DNA from: Savitreella phatthalungensis
Lineage: Eukaryota
DNA: 64,000 nt
Direction: 5' to 3'
Assembly (NCBI GenBank): GCA_051599415.1
Contig: AP039699.1
Coordinates: forward strand, 62,001 to 126,000
Both the position numbers and the translations under genes were made by a program. Below the pieces are notes generated by a model, which was not told where the DNA came from, did not search any database, and worked only from the letters and a program-made list of their open reading frames with translations. This document shows, in pieces, positions 56,194 through 64,000 of the stretch (its first letter is position 1; each line of letters starts with the position of its first letter).

Positions 56194-58548
56194 TTACCGC
56201 TTCTGCGCCTTGGCAGTGCCGATGACCGTGGCATTGACCTTTGTCGCGAAGCGCAGGGAGGATAGCGTCTCACCGACGTGCTCGCGCGACGGCGCGACGT
56301 TGACAAACATCAACGTCTTCGAGTTGCCACCGAGCGAGTACTGCAACAGGTAGGTCAGCTTCGAGTTGCGGTAGGGCACGTGTCCAGCATCAGACCCGAG
56401 CGCATGGATCACGTCCGCCAGGCACGACAACGACTTGTTGATGTGCTGAGTTTCCTTCAGTCGGTCGCCAGTCGCCTGACTGTGTGACAGGCGTTCGGAG
56501 CCTGCCAGATCGATCAGGTTCAAAACACCACGCGAGCGCTCTCCCGTGCCCTCGTTCCGGCCCTCTAGCGCGAGCATGAAGACCGAGTGGGAACGCGATG
56601 ATCGTTCGTTGGCCGCAGTTGCAGCGATGGTACGGTTCTTGCCCGCACGCTCGAGCATTTCATCCACCGTTGAAGCGCTGTCGAGTGGTACTGTCGTCAG
56701 ACCTTCCACGGTCGTCGTCTTGCGCTTGTCGTCGTGCCGAATCTCCAGCTTGCTGGCAGTCGCATTTGCAGAAGATGAGCTCCGGGCAAGCAGGTCCCGC
56801 ATATTCTCGCAGTAGATTTCGAGGAAGCTCCCCTCGATTGTGTATTCCCATCCCTTCGATCGGAGGTCATTTGCCGATTGATAAATCTGAGCGACCGCTC
56901 GTGGAATCATACCGTCTCCAGCAGACATCGTGTGTGTCTTGCCAGATCCAGTCTGACCGTAGGCGAAGATGGAGACGTTATAGCCATCAAGTGCAGACTG
57001 GACGAGCTGAGAAATCTCTCCGAAGACATCTTCGTTGCCGCTGCGAGGTGGGAAGACCTTGTCGAATTTGAAGCCATATGTCTTGTCTTGAGCACCCGTG
57101 ATGGACATCTCAGGCGTGCTTCCAACGACTTCGATCTCGTCTGGCGACTCGCTGTCGAAACGGAAGGCGGTCTCGTCTGCAGGCTCATGAGCGAGAGCCG
57201 GACGAACACGACAGAAGACGCGGATGTTGCCCTTGAGCTCCTGGATCTTGTTGTGAAGGATGCGACGTTGGGTTTCCTCTGTGATCAGATCAGCATGTAA
57301 CCGACGCCTTTCCTGCTCCGATACATCGAGCTGACTATCACGCTCGCGGATCGTCTGCGTCAGGTCTGCGTGCTCTGCTTCCATCACCTCGATCTTGTTC
57401 TTCAGGCTCTTGATGAATTCCTGCAGGGACATGCCGGCAGTCGTCTGCTCCGCGACTTGATCCTTGAGGGTTGAGACGACCTTGCGTTCACGAACCAGGT
57501 CGCCCTCCAGCTCCTGAATGATCGTTTGCAATTTCGCGCCTTCCCGCCTAGCTTCTTCAAGCTGCGATTCGACCTGGCGCTTCTGTGAATCGGCCTCTGC
57601 AAGGCGTTGCTCAAACTCACGCTCGCGGTTCTCAAAGTCGAGCTTGAGGGTCTGCTCGCGTCGTGTAGCCTGCAGGCGCTCGTCTTCAACAGCCATAGCA
57701 TGGCGATGGACCAGCTGTTCGCGCTCCATGGCCGCAATGTGTGCCTCACCCTGGAGTCTACCAATCTGCTCATTGCACTGCTCGAACTGACGCTGCAAAG
57801 TCTGCTTTTGTAGTTGGAGATCGCCTACTGCTTGTTTCTGCTCCTGTAGCTCACTTGAGATACCTTCCTTCTCGACCACAGCCGTGCTTTGTACTCCCTT
57901 GAGCTCCTCTTTCAGCTCTTTGTAGGCAGACTCCATATCTTCCAAACGACCCTTAGTGTCCCATGCTGCACGACGCACTTTCTTTGCGGGAGCGCCCGCA
58001 GCAGCGTCATCGCCAGCAGCCCGAGTGCCGGAAGCGCTCGTAGGCCTCGACGTGCTGGTCGAGCTCGTGGGACGATGTCCTGTGACTGACGCAGGTCTGC
58101 TTGTGAGGCTTCTCTGCCGTGTCAAACTTGCAGCCTGCGCTGGTGTAACTGTGTTGGTAACGGACTTGGTACGTTGGTGCAGGCCGGTAGCCGATCGTGA
58201 GCGTACAACGGGCACTGTGGAAGATGGTCTGGGTACACCATTGGTTCTAGCTGCTGAATTCATGCTCACTCGGTCCATCAGGCTGATGCGCTCTTTCGGC
58301 TTTTGTACCGGCGCTGGCATGCCTGTGGCCTTGCTGTTGCGCAAGCCAGCCGATTGTTCGGCCAAGGGCTCCGACATACTGCCGGTGGTCGAAGAAGAGA
58401 TGTGTCGTTGTGCTGGTACTGGTAGCGATCTACTCATGAAAATGACCTCTTCGTCAGATACTTCCTCTGTTGCGCGAGACGGCGTGTGCTTTGCTGTTTG
58501 TTTTGACTCTCTGTGAGGGATTCGTCCGTTGCTATCTCTAACTGGCAT
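56194..58548 (-). CDS. KAR3: Kinesin-14 (Kar3/KlpA/Klp2-type, C-terminal motor)
   Basis: AWDTKGRL, coiled coil, neck ELKGNIRVFCRVRP, GQTGSGKT, SSRSH, LIDLAGSE. Confidence 0.95.
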   Translation of the reverse strand: MPVRDSNGRIPHRESKQTAKHTPSRATEEVSDEEVIFMSRSLPVPAQRHISSSTTGSMSEPLAEQSAGLRNSKATGMPAPVQKPKERISLMDRVSMNSAARTNGVPRPSSTVPVVRSRSATGLHQRTKSVTNTVTPAQAASLTRQRSLTSRPASVTGHRPTSSTSTSRPTSASGTRAAGDDAAAGAPAKKVRRAAWDTKGRLEDMESAYKELKEELKGVQSTAVVEKEGISSELQEQKQAVGDLQLQKQTLQRQFEQCNEQIGRLQGEAHIAAMEREQLVHRHAMAVEDERLQATRREQTLKLDFENREREFEQRLAEADSQKRQVESQLEEARREGAKLQTIIQELEGDLVRERKVVSTLKDQVAEQTTAGMSLQEFIKSLKNKIEVMEAEHADLTQTIRERDSQLDVSEQERRRLHADLITEETQRRILHNKIQELKGNIRVFCRVRPALAHEPADETAFRFDSESPDEIEVVGSTPEMSITGAQDKTYGFKFDKVFPPRSGNEDVFGEISQLVQSALDGYNVSIFAYGQTGSGKTHTMSAGDGMIPRAVAQIYQSANDLRSKGWEYTIEGSFLEIYCENMRDLLARSSSSANATASKLEIRHDDKRKTTTVEGLTTVPLDSASTVDEMLERAGKNRTIAATAANERSSRSHSVFMLALEGRNEGTGERSRGVLNLIDLAGSERLSHSQATGDRLKETQHINKSLSCLADVIHALGSDAGHVPYRNSKLTYLLQYSLGGNSKTLMFVNVAPSREHVGETLSSLRFATKVNATVIGTAKAQKR

Positions 58549-58562
58549 AAAAATAAATGTGA

Positions 58563-59567
58563 TCAGTAAGTTTCATCATCAAGTGAGACAACCACAGGCT
58601 CATCTTCACCAGCGTCGTCCTCTTGACTCTCGTCGTCAGCTTCCCAGCCATGTTCACGAGCTAGGGTGTCGAAGAGAACATCAAGTGATACCTGCAGCTG
58701 TCCCATGTTCCCTGCATCTGCCCTCTGTGCTTGCTTAAGGTTGCTTTGGAGCTTCTGCAATCCAGCTGGCACAAGATCTGCGAGGATGTCCGAATACATT
58801 TCATGATTCATTTGCTGAAGAGCATTGTTCAGCAAAGCTAGGATCTCGTTGAAGAGCATGGTGTGAGACGCAAGACCTCCTTGAGAATGGCAAATGAGCT
58901 GCAGAAACGTTCGCCACTGCTCGAAGCATGCATAGCTCGCTACAAGCATGAGGCCAAGCGTGCAGGCCTCGTACTCTGCCAGGAAAGATTCCTCGCCACC
59001 TGCTCGGTGAAGAGCGTCGCATAGAAGCCATGTCTTGTCCAGTGACATGCGCGTGATATCCGCCCCGACGGCTCCCGGACGCCAGCTTCGTTTCAGATCG
59101 ATCGGGGTGAAATGGAAGGAGGTCTCTTCATCCTTGGCTTCCGGGTCCGCCGAACTCGGCGTCATGCTCGTGAACGTCCTATCGAGTGCTATGACAGACA
59201 GTTGACCGCGCTGCGCAGGTAGTTGCATGTGCTGCGTCATGACGGACCATGCTTTTACACTTTCAGGTGGAGCCTGCGAGACGTCTAATAGCAGGACAAG
59301 GTGTTCTTCATCTTCGCTGGTTTGCTCTTGCTTCTCCAAACGATTCTCTTCCCTGTTCCAAACAAAATTGACCTTTTCGGCTGATGTCTGTAGGCAGACC
59401 CAGACCCCGTGCTTGATAGATGGATCGTCCGCCGGCGTGATATGAATACAGTGCAAGCCCGGTGGAATGTCTCTGAATCCACGGAAGTTCTGACCTGTTT
59501 GCCAAGAGCACAGATCCACACCTGCCTGACTTCCAGGTGGGAGTCCTCGCACGAAGACACGGATCAT
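58563..59567 (-). CDS. AAR2: U5 snRNP assembly factor Aar2
   Basis: LPPGSQAGVDL, FRGFRDIPPGLH, FTPIDLKRSWRPGAVG.DIT..SLDKTW, C-terminal GEDEPVVV. Confidence 0.92.
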   Translation of the reverse strand: MIRVFVRGLPPGSQAGVDLCSWQTGQNFRGFRDIPPGLHCIHITPADDPSIKHGVWVCLQTSAEKVNFVWNREENRLEKQEQTSEDEEHLVLLLDVSQAPPESVKAWSVMTQHMQLPAQRGQLSVIALDRTFTSMTPSSADPEAKDEETSFHFTPIDLKRSWRPGAVGADITRMSLDKTWLLCDALHRAGGEESFLAEYEACTLGLMLVASYACFEQWRTFLQLICHSQGGLASHTMLFNEILALLNNALQQMNHEMYSDILADLVPAGLQKLQSNLKQAQRADAGNMGQLQVSLDVLFDTLAREHGWEADDESQEDDAGEDEPVVVSLDDETY

Positions 59568-59813
59568 GGGAGCTAATGCGCTGGGCAATGACTTTAACGC
59601 TCCATGGCTGCCAAGAGAGTGTCCTGCATTCTCTTGGCTTTGAAGGATGTCATCAGATCTTGTTGCATGGGCACGTGCTAGCGATGCTTTTCTTGAGCAT
59701 ATCCGATGCTATATGGAGATAGACTCAAACAGACTAGTCGACGTCACTTAAGTGTTTGACATGATTACCCCAGCTTGTGCAAAATGCATTTTCTACGATC
59801 TAGCAGCGATTGC

Positions 59814-61811
59814 TCAGAGCTCATCGTGGTCGTAGGCATCGCCGGAATCTGCGCCGGGCTCACCACCTGCGCCACCGTAGAGCTTTGAGGTGATTGGGTA
59901 AGCGACGGATGACAGCTTCTCGCGCTGCTCCTCAAACTCTTCCTTGGTACCCTCAGCGTTGTTCTCCTCGAGCCAGTCAAGGGCTTCCTTGACGGCATCC
60001 TGGATAGTCTTCTTGTCATCCTCGTCGATCTTGCCGCCAAGACCGTCCTTGTCGGATACTTGGTTCTTGAGCGAGAAGGCGTAGTTCTCCAACGCATTGC
60101 GAGCCTCGATACGCTCACGAGTTGTCTTGTCCTCATCGGCGAACTTCTCAGCGTCAGCAATCATGCGCTCGATCTCCTCCTTCGACAGACGACCCTTGTC
60201 ATTGGTGATGGTGATCGATTCAACCTTGCCACCGGCTCCCTTGTCCTGAGCAGACACCTTGAGCACACCGTTGGCATCAATCTCGAAAGTGACCTCGATC
60301 TGAGGAACACCACGCGGTGCGGGGGGAATGCCAGTGAGGTCAAATTTGCCGAGCAAATTGTTGTCCTTCGTGAGCGAGCGCTCACCCTCGTAAACCTGGA
60401 TCGACACAACCGGCTGGTTGTCGGCAGCCGTGGAGAAGATCTGCGACTTGCGAGTCGGAATGACAGTGTTGCGAGAGATGAGTTTGGTCATGACGCCACC
60501 AGTCGTCTCAATGCCGAGAGTGAGTGGGTTCACGTCGACAAGCACGACATCAACGTTCTCCTCACGTGACAGAATCGCTCCCTGAACGGCTGCGCCGTAA
60601 GCCACAGCCTCGTCCGGGTTGATATCGCGTGATGCCTTCTTGCCGTTGAAGAACTCCTCGAGCAAGGACTGCACTTTGGGAATACGAGTAGAGCCACCGA
60701 CAAGCACAATGTCGTCAACCTGGGCCTTCTTGACGCCGGAGTCCTTGAGCACTTGAGCGACGGGCTCCATGGTGCGCTTGAAAAGATCCATGTTGAGCTC
60801 TTCGAACTTGGCCCGGGAAAGTGTCTCGGAGAATTCCTCACCCTGGAAGAATGCCTCAATCTCGATACGGGCAGACATTTGGGAAGAAAGCGTTCGCTTG
60901 GCCTTTTCGACTTCACGCTTGAGCTTGCCCATGGACTTCTTGTCCTTCGAGCAGTCAACATCATTCTTCTTGTTGTAGAGCTTGGTGAAGTGCTGGATAA
61001 CCCGGTTATCGAAGTCCTCACCACCGAGATGCGTGTCACCGGCGGTTGCAAGCACTTCGAAGACGCCCTCCTCGATAGAAAGAAGGGAGACATCAAACGT
61101 ACCGCCTCCGAGATCGTAGACAACAATGCGACGCTCATCACCCTTCTTGTCGAGACCGTAAGCGATAGCAGCTGCGGTGGGCTCGTTGACGATACGCATG
61201 ACGTTGAGGCCAGCGATAGCACCGGCATCCTTTGTGGCCTGACGTTGAGCATCGTTGAAGTATGCCGGAACAGTGACGACAGCGTGGGTGACCTTCTTGC
61301 CAAGGTAAGACTCTGCGACTTCCTTCATCTTACCGAGCACCATCGCGGAGATCTCCTCGGGGGTGAACTGCTTCTTCTCACCCTTGACCTTGACCTCGAC
61401 GACAGGACGTCCACCCTTGTTGGCAACAGTGAAAGGGAGACCTTTCAGATCCTTCTGAAGGTCCTTGTCCTCCCAACGGCGACCGATGAAGCGCTTGACG
61501 TCGTAAATCGTGTTCTCGGGGTTAGAAGCTGCCTGATTTTTGGCACCATCGCCCACCAGACGCTCGTCGTCGGTGAAAGCGACCCAAGAAGGCGTGATAC
61601 GGTTACCCTGGTCGTTTGTAAGGATCTCAACCTTGCCAGCTTTCATGACGCCGACACATGAATATGTGGTTCCAAGATCGATACCGATGACGGTGCCGAC
61701 GTTCTCAGCATCATCATTAGCACCTGCACTAGCAGCTGATTGAGCTGCTGGCACGAATACTGCCGCCAGAAGGGCGAACAGTAGTGCGAGGAACGTTCCT
61801 CTTGGAAGCAT
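59814..61811 (-). CDS. KAR2: ER Hsp70 chaperone BiP
   Basis: Signal peptide, GIDLGTTYS and other Hsp70 motifs, C-terminal HDEL. Confidence 0.99.
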   Translation of the reverse strand: MLPRGTFLALLFALLAAVFVPAAQSAASAGANDDAENVGTVIGIDLGTTYSCVGVMKAGKVEILTNDQGNRITPSWVAFTDDERLVGDGAKNQAASNPENTIYDVKRFIGRRWEDKDLQKDLKGLPFTVANKGGRPVVEVKVKGEKKQFTPEEISAMVLGKMKEVAESYLGKKVTHAVVTVPAYFNDAQRQATKDAGAIAGLNVMRIVNEPTAAAIAYGLDKKGDERRIVVYDLGGGTFDVSLLSIEEGVFEVLATAGDTHLGGEDFDNRVIQHFTKLYNKKNDVDCSKDKKSMGKLKREVEKAKRTLSSQMSARIEIEAFFQGEEFSETLSRAKFEELNMDLFKRTMEPVAQVLKDSGVKKAQVDDIVLVGGSTRIPKVQSLLEEFFNGKKASRDINPDEAVAYGAAVQGAILSREENVDVVLVDVNPLTLGIETTGGVMTKLISRNTVIPTRKSQIFSTAADNQPVVSIQVYEGERSLTKDNNLLGKFDLTGIPPAPRGVPQIEVTFEIDANGVLKVSAQDKGAGGKVESITITNDKGRLSKEEIERMIADAEKFADEDKTTRERIEARNALENYAFSLKNQVSDKDGLGGKIDEDDKKTIQDAVKEALDWLEENNAEGTKEEFEEQREKLSSVAYPITSKLYGGAGGEPGADSGDAYDHDEL

Positions 61812-61878
61812 AACTTTGTTCTGATAAAGAAGTGGTCCTTGACGATGAAGTCCTTATATCAAGACGGTGGATAGAGAG

Positions 61879-62150
61879 GACACGTCTGTTGCCAGCGTGT
61901 CGATTGCAGAGCTGTTTCCGAGTGATCGTTCCAGAGTAGAGTGTAAGAGCGTAGGTGTCGGATGTGTCAGACCGCAAGTTGCCACGGTGTCGATTGCTAC
62001 AGTGTAGACGGTACCCAGAATGCCGATCCCTGAGGATGTGTGGGCCGTGTAGACGGGTTGAAGGGAGGAGGGGCGAATGTTGGACCCTGTGGTGATTGAT
62101 TCAGTGTAGGTTCAGAGTATACTGTAGTTCGCTGCTAACTGCCACGTAGC
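61879..62150. promoter_or_regulatory. Candidate UPR elements upstream of KAR2
   Basis: GACACGTC (61879), CAGCGTG (61893, yeast UPRE core) and GCCACGTA (62141); short motifs that can occur by chance. Confidence 0.35.
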
Positions 62151-62910
62151 GTAATTGACACTTGCTAGAGCGACGATAATAATTTTATTAAATCACGATT
62201 ATAACGCGTCTCAATGCACGTCTAATATCGCGCTCCTTTTGATCTCATGGAACTTTCCTGAGCAACGCTCGCAGGATCAAATGTCAGAGCGAAGCAGTTA
62301 ATTCCAGGTTTATAGATGTAGAGCTACAAGTATTCACGACGTGATCGAATTCAGAAGAATTGTGTCACTGCCATCAATGCACTGCATGGTGCATCGAGAA
62401 TCATTTAGCCACCGACGTGCGTGGCACGGGATGTGGCTTAGCCTTATGCGGCGGGCCAGGGGCTGGGCATCTTGGCAGCGGCCCATGGGCTCTTCTAGTC
62501 ACATGCAGTCCACTGGAATGAAATTGACTTGAATCCAGTATGGACTGTAGTCGGCAATTGTGGAATGGCACTGGACAACTCGGATACACGTTTCCAAATG
62601 GACGCAGGGAATTTGAAATTCAAATTTCCCTGATCGCTCAACCTCAACGTATTCGCAGGCTGAGAACTGATCACTTTTGAGCATTCTATTGTCTGTGGTC
62701 GAACTCGATACCTCGTGCATCCTCTACGCAGGTAGTGAGCCGTCTAGCGAGGCATCGAGCCAACCAGCAGTGCGTGCCAGGCCTGGCCTTGTGCTGCTCT
62801 CAGAGCTTGCTTCCTGCAGGCACATCCTACCACAGATTAGGTTACGCATACACGTCCGTCACATTTTATCGCTTGCTAGAGCACAGAGCCCCAGCGCGAC
62901 ACATATCAAC

Positions 62911-63449
62911 ATGGCAGAAGTTGTTCAGTGTAAGACTGCCCGCTCTGTAGTATCCGAGATGCAAGACGGCTGAGACTTTTTAATTATAGGCTTCGGCAAG
63001 AAGAAGACATCGACGGCAGTCGCTCACTGCCAGACCGGCAAGGGCCTGATCAAGATCAACGGCTCGCCCATCGACCTGCTCCAACCTGAGATCCTACGTC
63101 TCAAGGTCTACGAGCCAATCCTCATCATCGGCCTCGACAAGTTCGCCGGTGTTGACATCCGCTGCCGTGTCACTGGTGGTGGTCACGTCTCACAGGTCTA
63201 CGCCCTCCGCCAGGCTATCGCCAAGGCTATCGTCGCCTACTACCAGAAGTACGTTGACGAGCAGAGCAAGAACGAGCTCAAGAAGGCCTTGATCGCCTAC
63301 GACCGTTCCCTGCTCGTCGCCGACCCACGTCGTGCAGAGCCAAAGAAGCCCGGAGTAAGTTCAACGGACAGACGTTGTGATTGCGACAGTTTACTAACTC
63401 ACAACAGGGTAAGGGAGCTCGCTCTAAGCACCAGAAGTCGTACCGTTAA
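62911..63449 (+). CDS. RPS16: 40S ribosomal protein S16 (uS9); exons 62911-62929, 62990-63354 and 63408-63449
   Basis: VQCFGKKKT...[16 protein letters not shown]...[12 protein letters not shown]...QKSYR; introns GTAAGA...TAG and GTAAGT...TACTAAC...CAG. Confidence 0.96.
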
Positions 63450-64000
63450 AGACAAAACTTTCGGTCGACCTGGCTGTGGTCATTACATACGGCACTTTTC
63501 ATTCTCATCTGTCACGACCCCCCTTTCGTCTGTCTGGTATCTTGCTCATCCTTCTTTGACTTCGTCTTCTCCAGTGCTTCGTTCTACCGTGCCACCTTGG
63601 GCTTGTCTTAAACTGAACTGATTGATTTGACTTGAATCGGTCGGGAAATGAGGAAGCAACACAATTATTGGAGCTGTCTGAAGCGCTCGCGCACTGACTG
63701 AGAACCATTTTACGCATCTGATCCCAATGCAAAAGTCTTCAAATGGAGACCGTGTTCCTCAAAAGCCGGAGCTGAAATAGATTCTATGTATGGTACGTCG
63801 CTGCAGAACTGAAGTGTTGTAGAGTCTGTGCTGAGAACTGCTGCGTTGTTGTTGGTCGTGATAATGCTTGTGCCTTGCTCTTGCTGCACTCGGAAAGATG
63901 CGTCACCAGGCCCTATACCCTCACTGTCTTGGCACGTGAAGGTTTGAGATGGCAGCGCAAGCTGTTGCTGCTATCGGCGGTTCTTACATGGCGAACTTGT

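Noticed and set aside
60060..61661. Long plus-strand ORFs opposite KAR2
   Set aside because: Well-known antisense shadow frames of Hsp70 genes

Overview
Compact, intron-poor ascomycete fungal genomic DNA. The short (about 33-60 nt) GT-AG introns with CTRAC branch points and the S. pombe-like proteins suggest Taphrinomycotina; this is inference. The window holds about 24 protein-coding genes, mostly conserved housekeeping genes: CipC-like, MIS12, histone H4, PFD1, Ppk33/YANK kinase, PAF1, NDUFAF7, ATG12, Ataxin-10/CTR86, POL1, SUP35, PPH3, YRB30, MCH1-like MFS, ECM31, CBP3, kinesin-14, AAR2, KAR2/BiP and RPS16. Accessory content includes a Fot1/pogo DD35D transposon with imperfect TIRs, a sacsin/NO VEIN-like GHKL ATPase interrupted by one in-frame TGA, a secreted S/T/G-rich protein and a heme-thiolate peroxidase. 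The most notable observations are: (1) an orphan ORF carrying the ordered motifs of the metazoan TORC1 inhibitor PRAS40/Lobe; (2) the single-UGA ATPase gene, which sits head-to-head with a prion-like SUP35; (3) a peroxygenase apparently lacking the distal catalytic Glu; (4) a ~184-aa insertion in the PP4 catalytic domain; (5) archaeal/bacterial-like substitutions in the uS9 tail. All family calls come from motif recognition by eye; no searches were run.
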